Assembly: GCF_024521635.1 (NCBI RefSeq)
Contig: NW_026250429.1
Location: 186,001-250,000, forward strand
From: Tricharina praecox
Lineage: Eukaryota
DNA: 64,000 nucleotides
Direction: 5' to 3'
Part shown: piece after piece, positions 1-12,200 of the stretch
Layout: the number at the start of each line of letters is the position of its first letter
Numbering within the stretch: position 1 is the stretch's first letter
The notes under the pieces: model-generated
What the model was told of the DNA's origin: nothing
The model's database searches: none
Seen by the model: the letters and a program-made list of their open reading frames with translations, nothing else
Program-made: the position numbers and the translations under genes

Positions 1-1079
1 AAACTGTTGACACAACCAAAGGAGACACTGATGGCCCACAACCGGGTGGACTCGACAATGCGCTCACTGATGACCGTATTACCAGTTTCGAAGCTCAGCA
101 CCGCACCAGCACCTCTCGCCATGCTCCAGTGCAGATCGTATTGCGGGTGCGATTTCAGCCCAGGGTATCGGACCTTGAACCCCTGGTTCTCAAGGAACTC
201 GGCGATCGCTTGCGCGTTCGCCTGCTGCTTCTCCATGCGCACGCCGAGGGTCTTGATTCCGCGGAGGAGCAACCAGCAGTCGAAGGGTGCCAGTCCGCAT
301 CCCGAGGCGTTGATGGTGAAGTATAGTTTCTCGCCGAGGGAGAGGTCATTAACGGCGAGAACTCCGGCCATCAAGTCGTGGTGACCGGAGAGGTACTTTG
401 TGCCGGACTCGTAAACGATATCGGCGCCAAGTTCGAGAGGGTTCAGCAACCACGGGGAAAGCATCGTGTTATCCACCGCCACCACGGTCTTCGGGTTCGC
501 ATCGTGTGCAGCCTTGGCAATCGCGGGGAGGTCGACGATCTTGATGAGGGGGTTGGTGGGGGTCTCCAGTAGCACCATTGCTGTTTTCTCCGAGAGCACG
601 GGTAGCACCGCGTCCACGGAAGTGGTATCAACGTGGTGCACGATGATCCCGCCATGCGTGGACAGGTACTTCAGCAGTCGGTTAGTACCACCGTAGAGAT
701 CGTCGCCAGCAATAACTTCATCGCCCGGCTTCAGCATGCGCGAGATGACATCCATGGCTCCCATTCCCGAGGAAACGACTAGGGCCCGGTTCGCCCGCAT
801 AATCTTTGCGAGGTGCTTCTCGAGGTGCGAGCGGGTGGGGTTGCCGGATCGTGTGTAGTCGTATTCGCCGCCGCCGGATCCAGAGGTCTGCTTGAAGGTG
901 GCGGTCTGGTACAGGGGCATCGACGAGGCGCCATATTGATCCGAGTGTTCGGTGTAAACGAGCTCTGTTGCCAAAGAGTAGACCTTCCCAGTGCGAGGAG
1001 AAGACGGCGCCGGGGATGGGGGGAGGTCATGGCCGGAGAGGTCGAGCTTACTGAAAGCTTTGAGCGGTGGGGAGGACAT
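1..1079 (-). CDS. STR3: Cystathionine beta-lyase (PLP-dependent, Cys/Met metabolism family); 3' end lies beyond the window start
   Basis: Manual translation from ATG 1079: MSSPPLKAFSKLDLSGHDLPPSPAPSSP...GASSMPLYQTATFKQ...YDYTRSGNPTRSHLE...GDDLYGGT...LLETPTNP...VDNTMLSP...ESGTKYLSGHHDLMAG (PLP lysine motif)...AISVSFGCVNS. The frame is open to the window edge. Confidence 0.95.
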   Translation of the reverse strand, partial: MSSPPLKAFSKLDLSGHDLPPSPAPSSPRTGKVYSLATELVYTEHSDQYGASSMPLYQTATFKQTSGSGGGEYDYTRSGNPTRSHLEKHLAKIMRANRALVVSSGMGAMDVISRMLKPGDEVIAGDDLYGGTNRLLKYLSTHGGIIVHHVDTTSVDAVLPVLSEKTAMVLLETPTNPLIKIVDLPAIAKAAHDANPKTVVAVDNTMLSPWLLNPLELGADIVYESGTKYLSGHHDLMAGVLAVNDLSLGEKLYFTINASGCGLAPFDCWLLLRGIKTLGVRMEKQQANAQAIAEFLENQGFKVRYPGLKSHPQYDLHWSMARGAGAVLSFETGNTVISERIVESTRLWAISVSFGCVNS

Positions 1080-1656
1080 GGTAGTGGTGGTAGTGGTGGA
1101 TGCGGGCGCGAAGGCGGGGTATCGACGAAGAAGTGCTGTTCCGCGGCGGTGGAGCAGGAGGGAGAGGAATTGCACACGGAGATTGGGCGGTTGGGGAAAC
1201 AATTTTAGCTTCTAGCTTTCGAGCTCGGTGCAAGTAGGGATCGGTGATGCTGGAAGTTTCGTTCCTCCTTTCTTTCGATGAGTATGAGTGGTGTTTCGGG
1301 AATTCTGTGGGGAAATCGTTTTTGAATGGCTCGGTGACCCTGCCACCCACTAACATTGATCCACCAGTGACCACGCCCTGCTTGATTGCCGTTTGAAGAA
1401 GATCGTTAGTTAAGCACGCAATTCCTTGGACAAAATCTGAATAGGCTGGTTGCCGGGTGTGCGGTTGTTGCCATCGCCAAGCCCACTATCGGCCATCCAA
1501 TCACCGTCCCTAAACCTGATCGAACCAAGGCCGCCCGCGATAGTCGAGCACTCACCGTGATACCGATCAACCCCACCATCATCACCACTGCCGTACCCGC
1601 CCCGCAGGCCAACAAACGAAGTCCGCCCTCCTCCGCCTGCCTGCCCCTCTGCCGCG

Positions 1657-2039
1657 ATGGCCTCCTCCTCTCCCGCCCTCACATCCGCCGCCGTCCAGGG
1701 TCCCACCGAAAAGTCCTTCTTTGAGCAGCAACGCGACCAGCTTCGCGGCGAGATCGCGCTCGCGATGGAACACGTCTTAATGAACATGAACACGCTCAAT
1801 CGGAACATGGAGAGCATTATCGCTGTACGGCCCTACGCCCCGGTTTCTCCCCATCCACAGAATCTCCTGACACGCGTGTGCAGGTCGGTCGCGAGTTCGA
1901 GAGTGTCGAGGCGTTGTGGAGCCAGTTTGAGGGCGTCATGGGTCGGAATCCGGGGGTGTCGAAGCAACCCGAACAGCCTGCGGAGGAGGAGCACAGGGAA
2001 GAGGCGGTTGATCGCGATGCTGATGTGACGATGGGGTAA
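1657..2039 (+). CDS. DAD1: DASH/Dam1 complex subunit Dad1 (exons 1657-1824, 1884-2039)
   Basis: KSFFEQQRDQLRGEIALAMEHVLMNMNTLNRNMESIIA|VGREFESVEALWSQFEGVM is the Dad1 signature. A GT..CTGAC..CAG intron at 1825-1883 restores the frame. Confidence 0.93.
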
Positions 2040-3139
2040 ATGGGTACTGTGGGCGGTGGGCTACATTCGGTGTTTTGGCGCTCGGGGATAATTGCGGGTT
2101 TCTGTTTACGGTGTCTTAACGCGATCACGATTCTTCTCTTCTTCTTCTTTCATGCCATTACTACTATAGGTGGTCGATTGCCCGAGTTCCCTACTCAAAC
2201 TCACGCCTATCGAACGACCGCCCAGTCACCACATCCACGTTCCGCACCTGTATACCACCAAGCCTCGGGAGTCGGGACCGAGCTTCTAGCCCAGACGAGG
2301 CGACGTACGAGGTCATTCACGCAAGGGAGTGATTAGACCGGGTCCACGAAGCTTGATTGGATACCGTCGGGGGGATACCGTTACCAGTAGAGGGCTGTGA
2401 TCTAAGTACTCGACTAAGCCTTTAGTCGGACGCGAATCAGTGTGCTGCGTAGAGTCGACCGAGTAGGTTAGACACGAATTACCCACCTATATCACAATGA
2501 TTGCTATCATCCGGTCGGTGCAACAGCTCATCCTCGCGAATAGCTGAGCGTGGTCCTTTACTACGACCTCACTTGACGAGTTTGAGATTCGGGAACGGCG
2601 AAATTCTATCCTACTACCACAGGCGGTACATGTGAGAGCACTCGAGTCACTTGGAGCCCCCAGCAGTCACGGTTGCATCTACAACTGTCTTCTTGTATAT
2701 GTGACGCTCTACTCTACATATGATACCTAAATACACGGTTCTCGGCATTTGGTTGTGATATGTGCAGATTGGTTGAATCCACAGCGTGTCGAACCTGTTG
2801 AGTACACATGTGACCGGTGGGACAAGTGGATTGCGCCGATTCTCGAGCACCAGGCAAGCCAATTCTCGAGTTGAGGCAAGCAGGCACGTAGTTCTATGCT
2901 CACTGTAGTAGCCCTACATTGAATTCGTGACGTGGAACTCGGCGGAAGGCCCACAAACGTCGCCCCACAAACGTCGCCCCGTCTTCCTCAAATACCACCC
3001 ACCCACCCACCCACCCACCCACCACTTCTTCTTCTTCCTTTCACTACACAACATCAACAACATCCTCAACACAACTTAGCCATCTTTGGCAGAGATATAT
3101 TCCAACCGATTCGAATTCAACAATAATCGGACTCCATGA

Positions 3140-4273
3140 ATACTCCGATCCTTTGGTTTGTCGCCCGCTTCTCCTTCTCCTTCTCCTTCTCCTTCGTCGG
3201 CTGAACATGCATCCCAGCGTACGATAGACAGCGCCGAGGATAGCGGTGCAGAGCAGATTCTGGCGAAATATGGCATGAGCCCATACGTGAGTTCCGCCAA
3301 ACTCCTCCATAACCTCACAGGCTAACAGACGTAGGCCTACATCCTAAGCTCCAATGTTGATGCTGGTCATCTTGCCGCTGAGGAGTACGAAGAGTACTCC
3401 GATATTGGGTGGTGATCCTCAGAAACTTATGTTTCGAGATCCCAACCATGCCACGAAAGTGTAAGTCGCTTTCCGGATTGCTTTGGTTGTATGTAGCGGC
3501 GCTGACTGTGGTTTCCTGCTAGGTGGCGAAGTCGAAGTACTTCCCTTGGAGTGGTAGCACTGCCTATCGAATTTCCTGCCATTGTCGAGATCGAGAATCT
3601 CGAGGGCCTGTTGGGCGCCGTGTTGCGCCGTGTTGGGCGCCGTGGAGGTCTCGCTAGATCGAGATCTTCCACCGATTAAGGCGCCGCGGAGGGCGCCCCC
3701 CGACCTCCCCCACAGGGAGGAACTTTCGGTGAGTTTTTCACTCTCACCATACTCTACAATATGACCTTTATCATGTTCCGACTTCTAACACGGTCAGACT
3801 TCTTCTACTGCGGTCGTACCAGATCTTCCCATAGATCAGTCAGCCGCACTTTTCTGCGGTTGCCCCACGCTCCATAAGAAGACCATTTCCGACCTCCGTC
3901 ATGAAATCCATATGGATACCGATGACGCGCGGAAGCGGCTACACCCTGCGGAGTCTGGCCTCGACGAGAACTACCAGGAGATCGCCACCCTAAGTATCCA
4001 ACAGGGGTGTTATCGACAGATAATGCGCATCAACAGGCTCTCCATCCAGAGACCTGGGTACCGACGGGAGTGGGCAAAAGGATTGCCGCAGTTGACAGGG
4101 AATTTGAAGACATGAAAGCATCTAGGACCCTGCTCAAGAACATTCTCGAGAGACTTGAGAAGAAGATCGAAAGCTGTGGTGGGCGCCCCGTTGGGCGCCG
4201 TGTTAGGCGCCGTGGAGGAGCCGCGGAGGGCACGGTGGAGGTCTCGCTGGGTCGAGATCCCCCACCGGTCTAA
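3140..4273 (+). pseudogene. Degenerate spliced gene relic with a coiled-coil-like C-terminal fragment
   Basis: Two canonical-looking introns (~3288-3334 GTGAGT..GCTAAC..TAG; ~3729-3797 GTGAGT..CTAAC..CAG). Protein-like segments such as KRIAAVDREFEDMKASRTLLKNILERLEKKIES are broken by stops and frameshifts. Confidence 0.3.
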
Positions 4274-6753
4274 CCACCGCAGAGAGCTAATAATGGGCCT
4301 AATTCACCAGTTCCGCGGTGTCCACCACTTCTGTGGAAATGAGTACTGTGACCGGTTTCATTACGTGTGGCAGAGGCCCAAGGCCTTTGCCCCCACAATG
4401 CACATTTTGTGCATTGTAACGTAGCCGGAGACGTTATGGTCAGCACTCGGCGCAGTTGCGCTTGGTGGGCGGTTTCACCGTCGCTGGACGGTGGCCGTGG
4501 TGGGCGCCGTGGAGGACTGTGAAAATCGGCAGTCCGGATACGTTTCTACCATATCTACAGTAGATTGTGTCCGGAATGGAGCCTGAGGCATGTGTCTGCA
4601 GGAGCTGTACACAGTGGTATGTGGGGGTGGAGCCTAAATAGGGCCTTACAATAAGCCATCATATATACTTGCTACTTACCTACTGAGTAATGAAATGATG
4701 CAATGATACTATGATTGTAATTTCTGAGTTCCTAGTGCGGTATTCTACCTGTAGTTCGCAATGATTTTGCCTCGTAGACGTGACTTGCAGACGTGACCCA
4801 GTATCAGTATCAGCATCAGTGTTCTGGACGTAGATAGGATCCTTCCGCACTCGAAGGAGATAGGTAGGTGGTTGAAGGTATATAGTTGAAGATATCCCGC
4901 CCCATCTGTATCGTTGCGCACTGACACTGTCGCATCCGGCATCACTCACCATTGGCACCCACTATTTGAACCCACTATTCGTCACTATCCGTGACTATTC
5001 GTGCCCACTATTCTCGCCTACTATTCGCTCAAAATGACCAGTGCACCGTCAATAACTACCGTCGATACTCAACCCACCTCCAACCACCGTCCGGCGTCCG
5101 TCCCCGTCTGCAGAATACCGGTAGCATCGGTGGGTAGGTACCTACCTCCCATGATATGAAACCCACATCGCTCGAACTCCACCTTCACCATTCACCCTCC
5201 CCTCCAACCTATCTATCTACGATAGTACGTACTTATCTACAGTATACCAAAAACCCCCCCCTCCTCACCAAAAACCCGCCTGGTCTATTCACAGATTCTC
5301 ACTCTTCTCCCTTCCACAAAAACACCCCCAACCCAACCCAACCCGGCTAAGCGGCACCAGCCACGGCCCACCCGACTCCTCCCCGCCCAACCCGTCGTAG
5401 CCCGTCGTATATAGCCCATCCCTCCCCGCCCAGCATATCCCTCCCCGCCCAGCCCGCCCATCCCTTCCAGCTCACAGAGCAAGAGCCCGCAGTATCCCGC
5501 AGTAGCCTATTTCACATATCCACTGCCACCCCGGTTGCCCCCTCTGCCCCCCCAAGTAGTAAGTACGAGCCACAGTTCTACTCTACACCACTCTACTCTA
5601 CGTCACACAAGCAGTCGCTTAGACTCCAGTCGACAGGACAACTGGTAGCGAGGTTGTGCAGCTTGGGGGCCGAGTTGCGAAAGTAACGAAAAGTTAACCA
5701 GCAAGGTACTTGCTCTCGCTCTGCTGTTTGCTGTTCTGCTGTTTTGCTGTTTTGCTGTTCTCCACCACCACCACCGTCGGCAGCAGCAGCAGCAGAGCAG
5801 AGCAGACTTTCTTTCTTTTTGGTTATGTATGTGCCGAGGACGAAATCTCTCTCGCTGAATCGCTGAATCGCTGAGTCGCTGACTCGCTGTGGGCACTGGG
5901 AACGAACAAATGATGTATAGACGCCACGCCACGTAGGTATTCCCGCCCGCCGCCTCAAGCCAGCCTAGAATACAGCCAGACTTTTCCCTTCCCTCCCCAT
6001 CGCTTCACTTCACATCGCTTCCCATTCAACTCCGCAGCTTCGCTAGAAATTTCCTCAAACCCTCTCCATACGAAAAGCAAGGTTAGAAAAGAAAAGTAAA
6101 AGTAAAAGTAAAAAATAAAAAAAACCTTCCAATTTTTCAGCCCTTCCCTCAAGCTTCGTCCTTCTCCCTTCGCCCCCACCTAGGTAGCACCTGCACGCAC
6201 GCAGAAAAATCAAACCGGCCAACCCAACCCATTTGAACCCAAAGTTACCCAAGTTATCCAAGTTACCCAACTAACCAAAAACCGAGAAAAATATAATGGA
6301 AAAAAAATAGACAAATAATTCCTGACAGGAATTTAAAACCTAAAAGGCCACAAAAAGCTCAAAAAATAGAATAAATGATGGAAACGCCATGTAGAACGCC
6401 AACCCCCACCCGCAACCGCAACCCGCAACCGCAAAACCCATCCTCCATGACCCATCCCCCCCGCCCACCGGCCAACCGAGGCCTGTCTGTCCCCCCGTTC
6501 CCCGTTCCCGCTTAAAATTCCCCACATGAAAAGAAAAAGAAAAAAAACAAAACAACACCCGTGATGGAATAGAAACGTCCGTCCGTCCGTCTAAGGAAAC
6601 AAACAACGATGGTGGTTTATAGAGATATATGTATCAGAGAATCCGAATGTCGAAAGCAAAAAAAAAAAGAAACCGAGTGTCGTGTCGGTGGCCACAGACC
6701 TACGGTGGAGTGTGGAGTGCGTGTGTGATGTCGAATCCCGAACTACCGCCCAA

Positions 6754-8181
6754 TTACCCCCTTCCCTTTCCTTTTGCGTCGCCGTCCATTAATCGTGGAG
6801 GAGGAGGAGGCAGTACACCTCGTGGTTTCGGCTGCGGACATGATTCTGTATCACGACCGCCGGACGCCGACGCGGACCCTGACCCCGACGACCCCAACCC
6901 CCCCTCCGCCTTCCTCTTCTTCTCCTTCTCCACCTCCTCGCCTAGTCGCTCCGGTAAAGTAGGGTCGGTACTCAAGAATTCAATGTACCTCCGGTAGCCC
7001 CAGACCGAGTCGTCCTCGGCGCGGGCATCATGGCGGATCTCGACGCGCCCACTGAAAGCCTCTTGCAGCTCCGTCAGATCTCCCAGCGTGAGGCGTTCGC
7101 AGCCCTCAACGTTCAGGACCTTGAGGTTGCTGGAGGTCGGCAGCTTCATCAGATCGTATAGCCACGTGATCTTGACCTCCCGGAGGCCGCGGAGAGATAA
7201 CGTCACCAGGCAACCGGGAAAGCGCTTGCACAGAAAGTTCCGAATGCTTGTGCGAGAGACCGACGTGCACGACGAGATGTCGAGAGTATGCAGGACCTTC
7301 GCCGTCGAGACCGCGCGCAGTGTGCCATCGCCGATGGCGGTGTGCGAAAGGTCCAGCGTGCGGAGTGTCCCCCGATGTCGGTCCATCAGTGCTACCACGG
7401 CGGGAGTAGTAACGGGGGAGTGCGATAAATCGACGTGCATCAGACACCGCGATTGCGATACGCGGAAGTGGTGCTCGAGCGAGTGAGAGTTCAGCAGGGA
7501 GCCCATCGACTGCAGGTACAATCGCTCCAGCAGTGGCGACCCAGCCAGGAAATGCAGCAGCGCTGTCACATGCTGCTGAGTCAGAGCTTTCGGCTCCTTG
7601 AGCGTGAAGGTGCGACACGATTTTAGGCGTGCTGTCAGTGTGGTTGCGGTTTTGGGGTTGAAGAGCTTGCTCTGCAGCAATGAGAGATCAAGTGTTCGCC
7701 ACAATAACGGATCGGAGGCGATGAAGTACCACTATTAGTTTTCCAATCACTCGCCGGTCAGAATTGCACATTCGCATAGAGTGGACGTGGGGTTTCGGGG
7801 AAGAAGAAGAAGAAGTCTCACCTCGCGGCAACAAGAGGCGCTCTGCACCAGCTCGTGTGGAGTTAGGTGGGAGAGTATCCGCACGACTATCTCCGTGGGC
7901 AACGTTCTGAATAGGTTTTCGCTTGGTGGCAGTAGCGCCTCCCTTCCCTTCCCTTTATCCTTATTCCCGACCGCCGCCACCGCCGCCGCCACCGCCGTCC
8001 CCGCCGCCGCTTGCGAACCAACTTCCGCCTCATCATCACGACCCACAACCTTGTCCTCCCTCGTCACCTCCCCACTCGTCCTCCACTTGTCGGCACCCGC
8101 ATCCTCATCCTCATGCCCGACTTTCCGTCGTCCCAGGTCCTCATTTTGCGTGGGCATTCTATATTCCGTCGCCTCCGCCAT
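6754..8181 (-). CDS. F-box / leucine-rich-repeat (RNI-like) protein (exons 8181-7822, 7731-6754)
   Basis: F-box motif LFRTLPTEIVVRILSHLTPHELVQSASCCRE|WYFIASDPLLWRTLDL is split by a GT..AG intron at 7821-7732. LRRs follow (LRTLDLSHTAIGD, LHTLDISSCTSV, LKVLNVEGCERL). Confidence 0.9.
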
Positions 8182-9147
8182 TTTCCCGATGAATCCCCGG
8201 TCCAGACGGGAGAGCTTTCGCTGCGAGATCGTTGCGTCGTGATATCTATCGTGATTGGGGTGTGTGGGTTATCGAGTTGGCGAGATGGACTACTTTTGCG
8301 ACTTTTGCTGGCCGGGTGAATTTATCGACCTCTTTAGTTTCTAGTTTTTTTTTTTTTTTTTTTGCGCCGTGATGAAGCAGAGCGGAGCGGGGAGAGAACG
8401 GAGACGGGGGGTAAGGTAAGGTCGTCTTGGGTTGGTACGGAAGAAGTGGCTTGCTTCTTCTTCGCACTTTCCTCTTTCTCTCAACGCTTTGCGCGTCTCG
8501 CTCTTCGGCTGCGCCGACGAACTCTAGCGCACTCTCACACCCCGTACTCGCCCACACACGGAGGAAGGATAATCGAGAACGACACAGTTATTAACAATCG
8601 CCAGGTGATACTGAGAGGATCGTCGTGGGGGGAAGGGAGCAGTCGAGCAGCAGGTGCGGAAGATTGGCAGAGGAGGAAGAGGAGAAGGGAGATTGATGGA
8701 GGATCGCAGGAGTGAAGGATCGCAGGATCGCAGAACAAAGCAGTAGTAGTGGTGGCGGTGGTTGGTGGAGGTTGGTAGAAGAGGTAGTGGAGAAGGTATG
8801 TAGTAGAGTAAAGGTGGTGGAAGGGGCTTTCGGAAATAACGTGTTCAAGATTTCGTAAATACACTCAAGAGCGTACAGACAGCATACCCAGTCCGGCCAG
8901 GATCGCTACTTCAGATAGTAGGGCAATATGAGTATGTGGTTCAAGTTTCGTTCAGTCGGCTAGGAAGTGAGAAGAAGATACGGAAGGTCGTGTCGGTGGT
9001 GTCGGTGGTAGTGGTGGTAGTCGTAATGGTGGTAGTCGTAGTGGTGGTGGTGGTAGGAGGTAGGGTAGGTGTTGAAGGTGAATGGAGGTGGTGGACCGTA
9101 ATGGTGGTGGTGGTGGTGGTCGACCGTAGTGGTGGTGGTGGACCGTA

Positions 9148-9217
9148 GTGGTGGTGGTGGTGGTGGTGGTGGTGGTGGTGGTGGTGGTGGTGGTGGTGGT
9201 GGTGGTGGTGGTGGTGG
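9148..9217. repeat. (GTG)n microsatellite
   Basis: More than 20 consecutive GTG triplets within a wider GT-rich low-complexity tract (8990-9245). Confidence 0.95.
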
Positions 9218-12200
9218 TTGTTAGTAGTGGTGGGGGGGGGGGTGGTACGAGTGCTTTAAAGGACGATGCATTTCGTCGTGCAGCGCGAGGATGTTATTTA
9301 GAGCAGAAGGGAAGGTGTCTCAGATGGGCGAGCGACACCAATATGCGGCCACCCACGAAGCCACCCAACCTAAAAAGAAACGAGAAAAAAAGAAAGGAAA
9401 GGTAAGAAAAAGGCAAAAAGCGAGGAAAAGAAAAAAAGAAAAGGAAAAAAGGAAAAAAAGAAGAATCGGAATAATGTGTGTGTGCGACCTAAAAAGAGGA
9501 TTGGGCGATGGTGGAAGCGGAGGAAAGTAGAGGACTGGTTTCGAGTAGGTACCGTACTATACACACATACCGATACCACTCGACTCGCCCATTTCGCGGC
9601 TGTTCTTCATGGCCAACTTTGATTCCGCCTCTCAACACACGCTTGTAACGTCGATTGATATAAGGGTAATGTAATATGGTGTTCATTCGGGTCACGAATC
9701 CAATCCAATCCCCTTTCCAACCTCTGACGGCAGCAGCAGCTTATTTGCTTGCGTTCTTGCGTGCTTGGGGAGAGCACTCAGCACTCTACGTGACGGCGAT
9801 TTAGACGCGAGTATGAAAACGGGCAATCAGATGTATGTACTCTACATACTTGTGATATATGGGCGTTTCACCGGCGTGTGCACTGTGCACTGTGCAGCCA
9901 GAGGCGAGAGGCGAGAGACATGGTGGTAACGATCATCTATGTGCTGATGTTTCTTACGGCCGAACATACACAGGTACCTACAGTCTACTTACTACACCTA
10001 TACTCTACTCGAGTACATACATTGCTGCCGAGCAAAGGCTGAAGGCTGAACCTGCCCCCAGTCCCCACCGTGTGCTTCTTGATCACCAGCTGAATCCACT
10101 GCGCACTGGCTGGCTGGCTGGCTCAACATACCCCACTCGGGCATGTCCAATGATTCCAATCCCCTCGAGCCGAGAACCATCAGCAACAGCAACAGCCGCA
10201 GGCGTTGTCCCCCCATCCCCATCCCCATCCGCATGTGCATCCGGCGAACGAGTTATGACCGACTAAACAATCGGCAATCAGCAATCAGCAATCAGCCCTC
10301 CCACCCAGCTTGACGCCGCGTTGCAAACTTGCGACGGTAGTTGCTATATCTACCGACGAGGCTCCGGAATCTTGGCATGGTGGGAGGGGGGAGGGGGATC
10401 CGGGAGAGCGAATCGTGTGGATGGATGGATGGACTGTGTGGATGGACTGTTCTTGGTGGGTGCTCTACTTATTACAGCCGCTCGTGATGGTCATGGTCAT
10501 TGGTAGAGCTTCCGTCCGTAAAAGTAGAGGACGTATGATACCCGGGTCCTATGTGGATCAGCGAGGGAGGGACGAGGGAGGAGGTACGGTTGGTTGATCC
10601 GTTGGTCAGTCGTTCGGTTGGTCGTTCGGTGGTCGGTCGTCGGCCACTGAAACGAAGCAAGGGACGGCAAGACGGAAGGAATGAAAGGTTCTAGGTAGTC
10701 CAAGGAACAATTCCTGGCCACGGCGCCGTGCCGCGCCGCGCAAGAATGTAGAAGCTTTCGAATCTTCGAATCTTCGATTCCGAAAATACAACGTTTCCTA
10801 CTACGGTCTACCTGCTAGAGTAGAGTGTCTAGCCCTCAAGCGGGTTAGTCGGTTATCTACCAACTACGGTATTCTCCATAGCTCCCATCCTCGCTTCCCG
10901 ATATCGCATCCATCTAATCTACGGAACTCACCACCTGCTCGAGTGTCCTGGCTGTCAGATCCGTTGGCTCTAGGTTGGTTCCTTCCTTCCTGGGCGTCGA
11001 CGATGACAACGACCGAACGATACATACGACACCTCCACTGAGTACCAGCAGGTAGGTGGTCGCAATCCCGAAAACCGGTCCACACGGATCGGGCGCGCCC
11101 CAAAGTCCCCAAAACTCGCCTCCCAAGATCTACGCACATCACCAGCAGCAGCAGCACCACCACCATCACCATCACTACCACCACCAGCTTTGGGTTAAGG
11201 AAACAGCACTGCAGCCAGCAGCCGCCTGAACATTACCAGCAGCACATTACCAGCAGACCCGAGCGCCACCAGCACCCCCATCCCTAAGCCAAGAGGCCAG
11301 CCTAGTGTTCACCACGTAAGCTCTCCTCTCCACTGCTCTCCTCCACTTTTCTCTGGCTCTCGCTCGCAAACCCTCCAGATTGGTGGAGGCATTTGATTCG
11401 CAACACCACAGTCCACAGTCCACTGTCGGTCGGTCGGTCACCACACCCACTCTTCTCCCACCACCCCTTCCTCATTTGCCCGTCAAGCGAAGGGGGCTGC
11501 ACGCTCGGAAGCGATTTTGGCCAGGGATTGGTCGCACACACCATAGAGAGTGTAGAGCACGCACACCACCACCATAAGGGAGCCGTAAGGGAGCCACACC
11601 TCCGACCGCCTGCTGCTGCTGCTGCTGCTCCGTCCGCCAGCACCAATGGTACTCGAGTAGATACACCAGCACCAGCATCAGCACCAATGGTAGAGCAAAC
11701 CGCCGGCAGCATCAGCATCAGCACCACCGGCAGCACCACCACCACCACCACCACCACCACAACTACCCTGGACATGGCTGCGGTGCGGTGCGGATATGTA
11801 AGCCACATTGCGCTGGTGTGGTGGCGTATTGTACCGGGGGTGGCTACGATTATCTACATTTCCTCTATACCAGTGGTCCAGGTACGGTAGCATAGGCGTT
11901 CCCTGCTCTTTCGCTCTCGGTGTAGAGTATGTATCTATCAAAAGAAAGCAGCCACTCCTCGCGGTTCTTGAGACACTGGTCCGGCTCCGCGTACTCTACC
12001 TGGAGTACCATGATTATATTTATCGCCAGAAATGCCCTTTCGTGTCGGTCGGCCTATGATACCAACGATGCGACGCCGCGACTGACGGAAGCGAGAGGTG
12101 AGAGGCGAAAGGTGAGACGTCGCGGGTGAGGGTGGGAGGGTGGAAGGGTGGGAGGGTGGAAGCTCAGTCAGCAGGTCAGCCAGCCAGCAGGCGAGTAAGC

